A stretch of DNA of 64,000 bases, taken from assembly GCA_963761305.1 (NCBI GenBank), contig CAVXGK010000002.1, positions 1,856,001-1,920,000 of the forward strand, written 5' to 3'. The DNA comes from an uncultured Gemmatimonadaceae bacterium. GTDB taxonomy: Bacteria; Gemmatimonadota; Gemmatimonadetes; Gemmatimonadales; Gemmatimonadaceae. A model generated the notes under the pieces. It was given only the letters and a program-made list of their open reading frames with translations. It had not been told where the DNA came from and ran no database searches. Every line of letters starts with the position of its first letter. Position 1 is the first letter of the stretch. Positions 20,745 to 30,826 of this stretch are shown one piece after another. The position numbers and the translations under genes are program-made.

Positions 20745-21908
20745 ATGCGGCGACAGATGTCGCGCGCCGCACTGACCTTCGCGAGTGCGGTGTTCGCGGC
20801 GACGACGACGCTCACGACGAACGTCGTCGCGCAAACGCTGGCCGGCGGCGTGGCGTCGACGATTCCGACGCGGCTCAGCGACACCGCGTTCTGGCGGCTC
20901 GTGACCGAGGTGTCGGAGCCGGGCGGGTATTTCCGCTCGGACAACTTCGTGTCGAACGAGACGAGCTATCAGTGGGTGATCCCCGATCTTCAGCGCACGA
21001 CGCGGGCGGGCGGGGTGTACCTCGGCGTGGGCCCGGACCAGAACTTCACGTATCTCGTCGCGCTGCGGCCCAGGATCGCGTTCATCTTCGACATCAGGCG
21101 TCAGAACATGCTGACGCACCTGATGTACAAGGCGCTGATCGAGCAGTCGAGCGATCGCGCCGATTTTCTCTCGCGGCTCTTCGCGCGCCCGCGGCCGGCG
21201 CATCTCGATAGTCTGACGCCGGCCGAGTCGCTGTTCGTGGCGTTTCAGCTGGTGCCGCCCGACAGCGCGTTCTACCGGAAGACGATGGCGTCGATCAACG
21301 AGCAGTTGTCGAAAAAGCACGGGTTCGCGCTGACGACGGACGACACGGCCTCGATCGCCTACGTCTATCGCTCGTTCGTCTCGTACGGACCGGACATCAC
21401 GTACAACTCGAATCAAGGACGCGCCGGCTACGGTCGCATGCCGAGTTTCGCGCAGCTGCAGATCGAGAGCGACAGCGCGGGGCTGCGGCGCGGGTACCTG
21501 GCCAGCGAAGTGAACTTTCGCGTGCTCAAGCAGCTCGAGGCCGACAACCTCGTGGTGCCGGTGGTCGGCGACTTCGCCGGCGCGCAGGCGATCCGCGCGG
21601 TGGGCACGTATCTCAGGGAGCACCACGCCGGCGTGACCGCGTTCTATCTGTCGAACGTCGAGCAGTATCTCTTCCAGCAGGGCGACGACTGGCGCCGCTT
21701 CTTCGAGAACGTGGGAACGCTGCCGCTCGATTCGTCGAGCACGTTCATCCGTTCGGTGTTCGACGGCGCGGTCTACTATCGCGGCGCGTCGTCGAGCGGC
21801 GGATACATGCGCGCGCGCCAGATGCTGGCGTCGATGCTCGAGCAGGTCACGGCGTTCAAGGCGGGAAAGTTGATGACATACGCCGACGTGATCGAGTCGT
21901 CGCGCTGA
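20745..21908 (+). CDS. Secreted conserved hypothetical protein
   Basis: Signal peptide; SEPGGYFRSDNFVSNE, GGVYLGVGPDQNFTY, FYLSNVEQYL. Start could be 20706. Confidence 0.8.
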   Translation: MRRQMSRAALTFASAVFAATTTLTTNVVAQTLAGGVASTIPTRLSDTAFWRLVTEVSEPGGYFRSDNFVSNETSYQWVIPDLQRTTRAGGVYLGVGPDQNFTYLVALRPRIAFIFDIRRQNMLTHLMYKALIEQSSDRADFLSRLFARPRPAHLDSLTPAESLFVAFQLVPPDSAFYRKTMASINEQLSKKHGFALTTDDTASIAYVYRSFVSYGPDITYNSNQGRAGYGRMPSFAQLQIESDSAGLRRGYLASEVNFRVLKQLEADNLVVPVVGDFAGAQAIRAVGTYLREHHAGVTAFYLSNVEQYLFQQGDDWRRFFENVGTLPLDSSSTFIRSVFDGAVYYRGASSSGGYMRARQMLASMLEQVTAFKAGKLMTYADVIESSR

Positions 21909-21986
21909 GGGTTCGCGGCTGAGGAAGGTCTCAAGACACGGTGGTTCGGGCGTTTTGGTTTCATGTGGCGCGAGCGGGATATCCAA

Positions 21987-22120
21987 GGGAACACTGAAAC
22001 AAACCGATTGAACGGGAACGAACGGATGAGTGTGGTGGAACTGCGCACAGAGGCCCTATCGCGGTTCCGAGAAATCCCTATCTGTTTTTGTCAGTTCAAT
22101 CCGTTGGCGTCAGTTTTCCC
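21987..22120. repeat. Long imperfect palindrome with about 41-bp arms
   Basis: GGGAACACTGAAACAAACCGATTGAAC aligns with the reverse complement of the right arm, GGGAAAACTGACGCCAACGGATTGAAC. Confidence 0.8.
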
Positions 22121-22190
22121 CACGGCTCTCGCCAAACGCGAGAAGGGTTCCCGTCGACCCTCCTCGCAAGCCGAGCGGTCATCATCGATT

Positions 22191-24506
22191 CTAGCGGCCA
22201 CCCGCGGCGACATGCTCGTTCAAGAATCGAGTGAGCAGGTTGAAGAGATGGACGCGTGTGCCCGGGCCTTCGAAGATCCCGTGTGTGCGGTTCGGATACT
22301 CCATCATCGTGAACGGCTTGTTCGCCGCGACGAGCGCGTTGATCAACTGTTCGGTGCTCTGATAGTGGACGTTGTCGTCGCCCGAGCCGTGGACGACCAG
22401 TAGGTCGCCGCGCAGGCCGGACGCGAAGTACAGCGGCGACGCGTCGTGATACGCCGCCTCGTCGGTGCTCGGCAGACCGACGTAGCGCTCCTGGTAGATC
22501 GTGTCGTAGTTGTGCACGTTCGCCACCGGCGCCACGGCCATGCCGGCGCGGTACACGTCGGGCGCGCGGAACATGAGGTGCAACGTCGACGAACCGCCGC
22601 CGCTCCAACCCCACACGGCGAGTCGCGTCGAATCGACGAACGGCATGCGTCCGACGATCTTCGCCGCCGCCGACTGCTCGCGGACGCGGAGCGATCCGAT
22701 CTGGTTGCGCACCACCTTGCGCCATTCGCGCCCGCGCGGACCGGGCGTACCGCGGTTGTCGACGCTCGCGACGATGTACCCTCGTTGCGTGAGCATGAGA
22801 TGCCACAGGTACGTGCTCCCGCCGTACGCGTCGAGCACGGTCTGCGCGGCCGGCTCGCCGTACACATAGAACAGCACCGGATACTTCTTCGTCGGATCGA
22901 AGTCGGCCGGCTTCATCATCCACGAGTCGAGCTTCACACCGTCGCCGATGTCGATCTGCGAGAACGTGACCGCCCCGCGCTTCAGCGCCGCGATGCGCGC
23001 CGCGACGTCCGCGTTCGACTCCAACGTGCGCACGACCTCGTGGCTCGGCAGCCGCACGAGATCGGTCACCGGCGGCGTGACGAACGTCGAGTACTCGTGA
23101 ATCGCCCAATGCGCGCCGGGCCCGATGTCGTAGTCGTGCGTGCCGTGAGCCGACGCGGGCGTGAGGCGCTCGGGCTGGCCCGAGCCGTCGAGCTTCGTCC
23201 GCCACAGAAACATTTGTGTCGCGTCGGTCGGCGAGGCGTAGTAGTAGAGCCACCCACCCTTCGTGTCGACGTAGGCGATTCGCACGACGTCGAAGGCGCC
23301 GGGCGTGATGAGTCGCAGCGATCCGGTCTTCGACACGAGGTACGCGTGCCGCCATCCGTCGCGCTCGGAGAGATGGATGAACCCCGAGTTGTCGGCGAGC
23401 CATTTGACCGACGCACCGGTCGGGTCGGAATAGACGTCGATCCACGCGCTGTCGCGATCCACGAACAGCGGCTTTGCCTCTCCGGTCGATCCGTTCGCGA
23501 CAAAGAACGTGTTTTGCGTTTGCCGGCGATTGAGCTGCTGGATGAGCAGTTCGTTCGAGCTCGGCTCCCAACCCATTCGCGCCAGATAGTTGTTGCGCGG
23601 ATCGCCGGGGATTTTCATCCACGTGGTCGGTCCGCCCGCGGCGCTCACCACGCCGATGCGCGCGGCCGAGTTGGTCGTGCCGGCCTTGGGGTACTGCACC
23701 GGCTTCACGAACGAGTAGAGCGAGTCGGTGTTGTCGATCAGGAGAAAATCGCGCACACCCTTGGCGTCGAGCTGCCAGTAGGCGACGGACTTGCCGTCCG
23801 GACTCCAGCGGAAGCCGTCGCGGTCGTCGAGCTCCTCCTCGTACACCCAGTCGAAGGTGCCGTTGATCGTCGTGACCGAACCGTCGTGCGTCAGCGGGGT
23901 GATGCGAGCTTCAGTCAGTGATTCGGTATATAAATTGTGCTCGCGCACGTACGCGACGCGCGAGCCGTCGGGCGAGAACTTGGCGAACATCAGCGTAGAC
24001 GGCTTCGCGTCCGGGCCGCCGAGCTTTCGCAAGCCCCCGGTGGGGCGCGAGAGATCGAGCACCCAATAGTCGCCGCGCGTGTTCTGTCGCCACACGCGCG
24101 CCGAATTCGTGTAGATGAGAAGCTTCGAGTGGTCCGGCGACCACGCGTAATCCTCGATATCGATCGGCGCGTTCGCGCCGGTGGGGACGAGCCGGGTCGC
24201 CGCCACCATCACCGTCGATCGTCCGGTCGCCGCGTCCACCCTCACGAGGTTGCTCCCCTTCCCGCCGTCGGCCGGCTCGATCGTCGTGTAGGTGCTGTCG
24301 TCGAGCCACCGTGACGGACCGAAGCCGCGCAGCGCGAACTCGTTCGGGTCGTAGATGCGCTCCACCGTGAGCAGCGACGGATCCCCGCCTCGCTGGGCCG
24401 GGAGCGGGCGCGCGAGCGCAAGCACGGTCAGCGCGGCCGTCGCGACGAGCATCGTCGAGTGTCGGCGCCGAACGTGCCGATCCGTCAGCGGATACGTCAA
24501 AGGCAT
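22191..24506 (-). CDS. S9B dipeptidyl-peptidase IV-like serine peptidase
   Basis: DWVYEEE, YPKAG, GWSGGG, HGSGDDNVH, RTHGI; signal peptide. Confidence 0.95.
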   Translation of the reverse strand: MPLTYPLTDRHVRRRHSTMLVATAALTVLALARPLPAQRGGDPSLLTVERIYDPNEFALRGFGPSRWLDDSTYTTIEPADGGKGSNLVRVDAATGRSTVMVAATRLVPTGANAPIDIEDYAWSPDHSKLLIYTNSARVWRQNTRGDYWVLDLSRPTGGLRKLGGPDAKPSTLMFAKFSPDGSRVAYVREHNLYTESLTEARITPLTHDGSVTTINGTFDWVYEEELDDRDGFRWSPDGKSVAYWQLDAKGVRDFLLIDNTDSLYSFVKPVQYPKAGTTNSAARIGVVSAAGGPTTWMKIPGDPRNNYLARMGWEPSSNELLIQQLNRRQTQNTFFVANGSTGEAKPLFVDRDSAWIDVYSDPTGASVKWLADNSGFIHLSERDGWRHAYLVSKTGSLRLITPGAFDVVRIAYVDTKGGWLYYYASPTDATQMFLWRTKLDGSGQPERLTPASAHGTHDYDIGPGAHWAIHEYSTFVTPPVTDLVRLPSHEVVRTLESNADVAARIAALKRGAVTFSQIDIGDGVKLDSWMMKPADFDPTKKYPVLFYVYGEPAAQTVLDAYGGSTYLWHLMLTQRGYIVASVDNRGTPGPRGREWRKVVRNQIGSLRVREQSAAAKIVGRMPFVDSTRLAVWGWSGGGSSTLHLMFRAPDVYRAGMAVAPVANVHNYDTIYQERYVGLPSTDEAAYHDASPLYFASGLRGDLLVVHGSGDDNVHYQSTEQLINALVAANKPFTMMEYPNRTHGIFEGPGTRVHLFNLLTRFLNEHVAAGGR

Positions 24507-24562
24507 GGAGTCGGGTCCCGGAAAGGTCGTGATACGAGGCGAGTGAAGATATTCGCCGCAGG

Positions 24563-24590
24563 TTGCCAAGCGCATCCTCGCACCTAGAAT
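24563..24590 (+). promoter_or_regulatory. sigma70-like promoter, probably leaderless
   Basis: TTGCCA-N16-TAGAAT ending 6 nt before ATG 24597. Confidence 0.6.
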
Positions 24591-24596
24591 CACGGA

Positions 24597-25769
24597 ATGC
24601 CCGAGATCGCTCCCGCCGCCGCCCCGGCCCCCCCGTACGACCTCGCAACCCTGCGCAAATCCATCCCGATCCTCGCCTCGATGATCCCGATGAACAACTG
24701 CTCGCAGGCGCCGCAGACGACCGCCACTCGCGCCGCCGCCGAGCGGTATCTGGAATCGTGGAGTACGCGTGGCATGGACTGGGACGCGTGGATGGCGGAG
24801 GTGGACGCGGCCAAGCGCGAGTTCGCCCGCCTGATCAACGCCTCCGCCGACGAGATCGCGGTGTTCAGCTCCGTGTCCGAAGCGACGAGCGCGGTGGCGA
24901 GCGCGCTCGATTTCACTGGCGCCCACGACAAGGTCGTCGTCACCGAAGCCGAATTTCCGACCGTTGGCCACGTGTGGCTCGCGCAGCAGCCGCGCGGGGC
25001 GCGCATCGAGTGGATTCCGGTCCGCGACGGCCGCATCGACGCCGGCGAATACGAGCGCGTCGTCGACGACCGTACGGCAATCGTTTCGGCCTGCCACGGC
25101 TACTATCTCAACGGGTTCAAGCAGGATCTTTCGCACCTCGTGTCGGCGGCGCACGACCGCGGCGCGCTGCTCTACATCGACGCTTACCAGACACTCGGCA
25201 CCGTGCCGGTGGATGTTCGCACGCTCGGTCTCGACTTCCTGGCCGCCGGCAATCTCAAGTTTCTGATGGGGATTCCAGGCATCGCATTCCTGTACGTGCG
25301 CCGTGATCTCGCCGAACGACTCGAACCGTCGGTGACGGGCTGGTTCGGCCGCGCGGATCCGTTCGCGTTCGACACGAAGCACCTCGACTGGTCGCCGACG
25401 GCGAGCCGTTTCGACACCGGCACGCCACCGATCATGAACGCCTACGTCGCGCGCGCCGGCATGCAGATGATCAACGATGTCGGCGTCGGCGCGATTCGGT
25501 CGTGGCTCGAGGTGCTCGGACGACGTTTGATCGACGGCGGTCGCGAGCGCGGGCTGAGGCTTCTCGGCACCGACGGCATGGCGCACAAGACGGCGACGAC
25601 CGCGTTCCTCGTCGACGACTCGCACGCCGTCGAAGAGACGATGCGCGAGCGCGGCGTGATCGCGTCGGCTCGTGGTCCGGTGATCCGTCTCTCGCCGCAC
25701 TTCTACAGCACCGTCGACGACGTCGACACGGCGCTCGACACCCTGGCCTCGGTCGTGACCGGCCGGTGA
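24597..25769 (+). CDS. Class V PLP-dependent enzyme (kynureninase/desulfurase-like fold)
   Basis: NNCSQAP, EFPT, DAYQ, GNLKFLMG (PLP lysine), RFDTGTP, IRLSPHFY. Confidence 0.88.
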   Translation: MPEIAPAAAPAPPYDLATLRKSIPILASMIPMNNCSQAPQTTATRAAAERYLESWSTRGMDWDAWMAEVDAAKREFARLINASADEIAVFSSVSEATSAVASALDFTGAHDKVVVTEAEFPTVGHVWLAQQPRGARIEWIPVRDGRIDAGEYERVVDDRTAIVSACHGYYLNGFKQDLSHLVSAAHDRGALLYIDAYQTLGTVPVDVRTLGLDFLAAGNLKFLMGIPGIAFLYVRRDLAERLEPSVTGWFGRADPFAFDTKHLDWSPTASRFDTGTPPIMNAYVARAGMQMINDVGVGAIRSWLEVLGRRLIDGGRERGLRLLGTDGMAHKTATTAFLVDDSHAVEETMRERGVIASARGPVIRLSPHFYSTVDDVDTALDTLASVVTGR

Positions 25770-25806
25770 CGGCAAGCGGGCCGCGCAGCGGTATATTCTC
25801 GCCGCA

Positions 25807-27426
25807 ATGACGAACCTGAGCGACCTCCAACGCCGGCTCAGCGGGCGCTACGACATCGAGCGCGAGCTCGGTCGCGGCGGCATGGGCGCCGTGTATCTCG
25901 CGCGCGACGTGAAGCTGGGGCGACCGGTCGCGCTCAAGGTTCTGCCGGCGGAATTCGCGACGGCGGCCGGTCTGCGCGACCGGTTTCTCCGCGAGACGCG
26001 GATGGCCGCGAGCTTCTCGCACCCCAACATCGTACCCGTGTACGCCGTCGAGGAGAGCGACGATCTCCTCGCGTACGTCATGGGCTACGTCGAAGGCGAG
26101 AGTCTCGCCGAGCGCGTGCGGCGCGCCGGACCGCTCGGCGTGCGTGAGGTCGTGCGGCTGCTGCAGGACGTGGGCTACGCGCTGGCGTACGCGCACGGGC
26201 GTGGCATCGTGCACCGCGACATCAAGCCGGACAACATCATGATCGAGCGCGCCACGAGCCGCGCGCTGGTCATGGATTTCGGCGTCTCGCGCGTGATCGC
26301 CGCGGCCGACGACAACGCCGACGCCGGCCTCACGCGCGTCGGTGAAGTCGTCGGCACGGCCGAGTACATGAGTCCCGAACAGGCGACGGGCGACCGGGTC
26401 GACGGCCGCAGCGATCTCTATTCGCTCGGGCTGACTGCCTACTTCGCGCTCACCGGAAGCGTCGCGATGGCGGCGGAGACGACGGGTAAGGCGCTCGTGA
26501 AACAGATCACCGAGACGCTCGCGCCAATGTCGAGTGTGCGTCCCGATCTGCCGCCCGCGTTGGCCTCGGCGATCGACCGCTGCCTGATGAAGGATCCGGC
26601 AGCGCGATTCGCGAGCGCCGAAGAGCTGGTCGAAGCGCTCGACGCGGCGCAGCTCACCGCGCAGGAGATCCCGACTCCGATCCGACTGTTCGCGCAGGAG
26701 GCTGGGACACTGTCGTTGCTCATCTTCCTGGGGACAGCGCTCGCCTACTTCATGGCTCGGGCGATTGGCGGATGGGAGCAAGGAAACCTGGACGTGCTGA
26801 TCCCGGTCGTGATGATGGCCGGCGTGCTCATCACGAGAATCGTACAAACATTCGGCGAGGCGCGACGACTGGCGGTGAGCGGGTTCACTGCCGATGCCGT
26901 TCATCGCGGCTTGGTCGCGGTACTGGCCGAACGCCAGGCACGGCGTGAACAGCTTCGCGCCGATCCGGCGACTCGGCGGATGCGCCGGCGGACACTCACC
27001 TTCCTTGGATTGGCGCCAGTCGCCGCCATTGGAATGGGATGGTTGGCATTCGCGAGCCGGCAACAGGTTGCTCCCCACACGTATCGGGTCGGCTACGGTG
27101 GTGCAGCCCTCTTGTTAGCCGCGATCATCCTGTTCGGTGTCTCACTCGGCCTGCTGCTCCGGAGTCCGTTCCGGATGTCGATCGGCGAGCGACTATTTCG
27201 CGTCGTGTGGCTCGGGCCAATCGGCAACGGGTTCGTTCGCCTCGCCGGGCGTGGACTCGCCGGCGACTCTGCAACGAGCGGTGTGTCGGCGGTCGTCACG
27301 CAACCGCGCCAGCAGTCGGCGTCGAACGTCGCGCGAGGTGAAGGCGGCGTGCGCGCCCCCGACCGGGTCGACGCGCTCGAGATGCGCATCGCGGAGTTGG
27401 AACGCTGGCGGCGAGACAATCGATGA
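25807..27426 (+). CDS. Hanks-type Ser/Thr protein kinase with about four C-terminal TM helices
   Basis: LGRGGMGAVY, VALK, HRDIKPDN, DFG, YMSPEQ, DLYSLG. Confidence 0.95.
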   Translation: MTNLSDLQRRLSGRYDIERELGRGGMGAVYLARDVKLGRPVALKVLPAEFATAAGLRDRFLRETRMAASFSHPNIVPVYAVEESDDLLAYVMGYVEGESLAERVRRAGPLGVREVVRLLQDVGYALAYAHGRGIVHRDIKPDNIMIERATSRALVMDFGVSRVIAAADDNADAGLTRVGEVVGTAEYMSPEQATGDRVDGRSDLYSLGLTAYFALTGSVAMAAETTGKALVKQITETLAPMSSVRPDLPPALASAIDRCLMKDPAARFASAEELVEALDAAQLTAQEIPTPIRLFAQEAGTLSLLIFLGTALAYFMARAIGGWEQGNLDVLIPVVMMAGVLITRIVQTFGEARRLAVSGFTADAVHRGLVAVLAERQARREQLRADPATRRMRRRTLTFLGLAPVAAIGMGWLAFASRQQVAPHTYRVGYGGAALLLAAIILFGVSLGLLLRSPFRMSIGERLFRVVWLGPIGNGFVRLAGRGLAGDSATSGVSAVVTQPRQQSASNVARGEGGVRAPDRVDALEMRIAELERWRRDNR

Positions 27427-28763
27427 CGACCAAGCCGCGCGAGACCTTCGCGTCACGGTTCGGCACGCTCGTCACCGTGATCGGGGTCGCGATCGGCCTC
27501 GGGAACGTGTGGCGGTATCCGTACCTCGTCGGAAAGTTTGGCGGCGCGGCGTTCGTGCTGTTCTACGTCTTCGTCGCTGTCGTGATCGGCGTGCCGGCGC
27601 TGATGGCGGAGTTCGCGCTCGGCCGATTCGCGCGGCGCGGACCCGTCGGGGCGTTCAAGGCGGCCGGATTTCCGTTTGGTACCGGCGTCGGCTGGTTTTT
27701 CTTCGTGATCGTGATCGCCGCGACGGGCTACTACACGTCGGTCGTCGGCTGGGTGCTCTATCACGCCGTGGCACAAATCGGAAACGGCGTCGGACTCCAC
27801 ATCGAGGCGGCGGCGATTCTTCCGCCGGAACACGGCTTCGACGTCACCTCGTTCGCGCTGCAACTCTGCTTCACCGCGATCGTCGCGCTCGCCTGCGCGG
27901 TCGTCGTGGCGCGCGGACTGCGAGCGGGGATCGAACGCGCGAGTGTGTGGGTCATGCCGGTGCTCCTCGTCGCGCTCGTGGCGCTGATGGTCCGATCGCT
28001 CACGCTGCCGGGCGCGATGGCCGGCGTGCGCTGGTACATCCTCAAGTTCCAATGGTCCGACCTCACGCCGACGGTGATGGTCGCGGCGATCGGCCACGCG
28101 ATCTTCTCGCTCTCGCTCGGCGGGACGTTCATGGTCGTGTACGGATCGTACATGACGTCGGACGAAAGCGTGGCGCGACCCGCGCTGTGGACCGTCATCG
28201 GCGACACAGGATCGTCGCTGCTCGCCGGATTCGCCGTGATTCCCGCCGTGTTCGCGTTCAACTTGGAGCCGACGTCGGGTCCGGGGCTCATCTTCGCGAC
28301 GTTGCCGAAAGTGTTCGCGGCGATGCCGGCCGGCGCGGTGTTCGGTGCCGTGTTCTTCATCGGGCTGTCGTGCGCGGGCTATTTGTCGGACGTCGGCGCG
28401 TTCGAGGTACTCGTCGCCGGTCTCACCGACAACACAAAGATCTCGCGCGAACGCGCAGTGGTGATCGTGACGGCGGCGATTTTCGTCGCGGCCATTCCGC
28501 CGTCGATCAATACGAGCATCTTCGTGCCGTGGGATCTGACGTTCGGGTCCGGGATGCAGACACTCGGCTCGCTCGTCGCGGTGCTCGCCGTCGGTTGGTG
28601 CATGAAACGCGGCGACGCGTTACGCCAGCTCGGCGAGCGCGGCGAGGTGCCGGTGCCGGTGTGGCTGTACTACTGGGTTCGATTCGGCATTCCCACAGCG
28701 ATTGGCGGCGTCGGCGTGTGGTGGCTGTTGTCGAGTGTGTTCAGTACAGTAAAGTCCGTCTGA
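27423..28763 (+). CDS. Sodium-dependent transporter, NSS/SNF (LeuT-like) family
   Basis: AIGLGNVWRYPY..GK.GGAAF, FSLSLG, SGPGLIF. Confidence 0.93.
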   Translation: MTTKPRETFASRFGTLVTVIGVAIGLGNVWRYPYLVGKFGGAAFVLFYVFVAVVIGVPALMAEFALGRFARRGPVGAFKAAGFPFGTGVGWFFFVIVIAATGYYTSVVGWVLYHAVAQIGNGVGLHIEAAAILPPEHGFDVTSFALQLCFTAIVALACAVVVARGLRAGIERASVWVMPVLLVALVALMVRSLTLPGAMAGVRWYILKFQWSDLTPTVMVAAIGHAIFSLSLGGTFMVVYGSYMTSDESVARPALWTVIGDTGSSLLAGFAVIPAVFAFNLEPTSGPGLIFATLPKVFAAMPAGAVFGAVFFIGLSCAGYLSDVGAFEVLVAGLTDNTKISRERAVVIVTAAIFVAAIPPSINTSIFVPWDLTFGSGMQTLGSLVAVLAVGWCMKRGDALRQLGERGEVPVPVWLYYWVRFGIPTAIGGVGVWWLLSSVFSTVKSV

Positions 28764-28769
28764 TTGCGG

Positions 28770-28872
28770 GTCGACCGGTGGACCGGTGGACCGGGTCACC
28801 TCATGTTGCGCTTTCGTTAACACTCGTGCCGGTGTACCTGTCTACCCGTCCACCCGTCAGCCTGTCCATCCG
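28770..28872. repeat. Inverted arrangement of 8-bp periodic repeats
   Basis: GACCGGTG-GACCGGTG-GACCGG ... CCTGTCTA-CCCGTCCA-CCCGTCAG-CCTGTCCA; related to 11065-11120. Confidence 0.7.
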
Positions 28873-28877
28873 AAATC

Positions 28878-29393
28878 ATGCCAGTTTCCGTTTCCAGCTC
28901 GAAGCTGATCTATCAATGCCTGCGCGACATCGGCGTGCGGATCGTGTCCGCGCTGCCGGAGACGTGGCTCGTGCATCTCATCCGGATGGCGGAAGAAGAT
29001 CCGGAGATGATGCTCGTGCGTCTCGCCAAAGAAGAAGAAGGCGTCGGCATCTCGGCCGGTGCGCATCTCGCCGGCGTGAAGTCGGCGATGCTGATGCAAA
29101 ACCACGGATTTCTCGCGTCCGTAAACGGGATCGTGTCGTGCGCGCAGCTCTATCGCATTCCGCTCCTGATGTTCATCAGCCACCGCGGCGAGTTCGGCGA
29201 GCGCGACCCGTGGCAGACGGAAGGCGGCGGCGTGACGACGCACGTGCTCGACGCGCTGCGCATTCCGCACACGCTGCTCGATTCGCCGGAGCACGTGCCG
29301 AAGCGAATTCAGAAGGCGCAGACGCTCGCCCATTCGGCGAGCCGCCCGGTGGCATTGCTGCTCGCCCGCGATCTGATGTGGGAGGACGCATGA
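28878..29393 (+). CDS. ThDP-dependent decarboxylase alpha subunit (ComD-like)
   Basis: SALPETWL, KEEEGVGISAGAHLAG, MLMQNHG, RIPLLMFISHRG. Confidence 0.88.
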   Translation: MPVSVSSSKLIYQCLRDIGVRIVSALPETWLVHLIRMAEEDPEMMLVRLAKEEEGVGISAGAHLAGVKSAMLMQNHGFLASVNGIVSCAQLYRIPLLMFISHRGEFGERDPWQTEGGGVTTHVLDALRIPHTLLDSPEHVPKRIQKAQTLAHSASRPVALLLARDLMWEDA

Positions 29394-29974
29394 AGCGCCG
29401 CGACGCTATCGAAGCGATCTACGGCGATCTCGATCGCTGCGTGGTCGTCACGATCATGGGCGCGGTGGCAGCCGAGCTGCAGTCGATCGGCCACAAGCCG
29501 AATTTCTTTTATCTCCAGCACGCGATGGGCCTGGCGTCGTCGATGGGACTGGGGATCGCGCTCAGCCGGCCCGAGCTCACCGTCGTCGTGTTCGACGGCG
29601 ACGGGTCGGTGCTGATGAACCTCGGCGGACTCACCACGCTCGCGCGGTACCGGCCGAAGAATCTCATCCACCTCGTGTTCGACAACGAGAGTCTGCTCTC
29701 GGTCGGCGGATTTCCGACGGCGACGTCGACCGGCAGCGACATCGCGGGCATCGCCGCTGCCGCCGGCATTCCACGCACGAGCACCGTGACCGACATTGAT
29801 GACTTCAAGACAGAGTTCGCTCAAGCCCTCGCCGCGCACGATCTGACGACGATCGTCGCCAAGGTCGAGGCGGTGGGACCGTCGGGCTACGTGACCGACC
29901 TCTCACTGCTCGAAAATCGATATCAGTTTCAGCGCCACCTTCGCAGCCTTCAGACCTCTCAACGATCTAGCTGA
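29390..29974 (+). CDS. ThDP-dependent decarboxylase beta subunit (ComE-like)
   Basis: MKRRDAI, AMGLASSMGLG, ThDP motif DGDGSVLMN...DN; ATGA overlap with the alpha subunit. Confidence 0.88.
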   Translation: MKRRDAIEAIYGDLDRCVVVTIMGAVAAELQSIGHKPNFFYLQHAMGLASSMGLGIALSRPELTVVVFDGDGSVLMNLGGLTTLARYRPKNLIHLVFDNESLLSVGGFPTATSTGSDIAGIAAAAGIPRTSTVTDIDDFKTEFAQALAAHDLTTIVAKVEAVGPSGYVTDLSLLENRYQFQRHLRSLQTSQRSS

Positions 29975-29976
29975 CC

Positions 29977-30768
29977 ATGACGACGATGACGATGACGGTC
30001 CTCTCTCAACTGGTGGACGAGCTCAACGGCGGCAAACTCAAGGTCGTCGACCTCACGCAGCCCCTCGGTCCCGACACGCCGGTGATCGGACTGCCGCCGA
30101 TGTTCGGGCAATCGCCCGGTCTCACGGTGGACGTGATCTCGCACTTCGACGACAAGGGACCGGCGTGGTACTGGAACGTGCTGCACCTGGGCGAACACAC
30201 AGGCACGCACTTCGACGCGCCGGTGCATTGGATCACGGGCAAGGATCTCGCGGACAACCGCTGTGACACGATCCCCGCGCGCCGATTCGTCGGCCCCGCA
30301 TGCGTGATCGACGTATCACGCGAGGTCGCGAAGAACGAGGATTTCCTCTTGATGCCGGATCACGTCGTGGCGTGGGAAAAGGAGCACGGCAAGATCCCCA
30401 AGAACGCGTGGCTGCTGCTGCGCACGGATTGGAGCAAGCGCTCGGATCCCGAAGCGTTCCTGAACGTGAAGGCCGACGGGCCGCACAGCCCCGGCTTTCA
30501 CAAGAGCACGTCCGAGCTGCTCGCCAAAGACCGCGAGGTGCTCGGCGTCGGCGTCGAGACGGTGGGAACGGACGCCGGTCAGGCCGGCACGTTCGATCCG
30601 CCCTTCCCGAATCACGCGACGATGCACGGCGCCGGGAAGTTCGGACTGGCGAGCCTCCGCAACCTCGATCAGCTTCCACCGACGGGAGCGATCGTGATCG
30701 CCGCGCCGCTCAAGATCGTGAACGGAAGCGGCAGTCCGCTGCGTGTGCTCGCGATCGCGCCCGCGTGA
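29977..30768 (+). CDS. Cyclase-family metal-dependent hydrolase (KynB/isatin hydrolase-like)
   Basis: VVDLTQ, EHTGTHFDAP, LLLRTDW, APLKI..GSGSPLR. Confidence 0.92.
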   Translation: MTTMTMTVLSQLVDELNGGKLKVVDLTQPLGPDTPVIGLPPMFGQSPGLTVDVISHFDDKGPAWYWNVLHLGEHTGTHFDAPVHWITGKDLADNRCDTIPARRFVGPACVIDVSREVAKNEDFLLMPDHVVAWEKEHGKIPKNAWLLLRTDWSKRSDPEAFLNVKADGPHSPGFHKSTSELLAKDREVLGVGVETVGTDAGQAGTFDPPFPNHATMHGAGKFGLASLRNLDQLPPTGAIVIAAPLKIVNGSGSPLRVLAIAPA

Positions 30769-30826
30769 TTGGCCTTCGCCCCAACTTCACCGCTTCGTCG
30801 CCGTCACCCGCGGCGGGAGATCTTCA

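Noticed and set aside
24597..25769. Cysteine desulfurase (IscS/SufS)
   Set aside because: No catalytic Cys loop in the C-terminal region and no isc/suf genes nearby.
28878..29974. Coenzyme M or phosphonate biosynthesis cluster
   Set aside because: No comA/B/C, cysteate synthase or pepM in the window, so no gene symbols were assigned.
13564..30768. Complete kynurenine pathway (KynU-, KynB-, ACMSD- and RidA-like genes)
   Set aside because: The genes are scattered on both strands, matches are family-level only, and no kynA, kmo or haaO is present.
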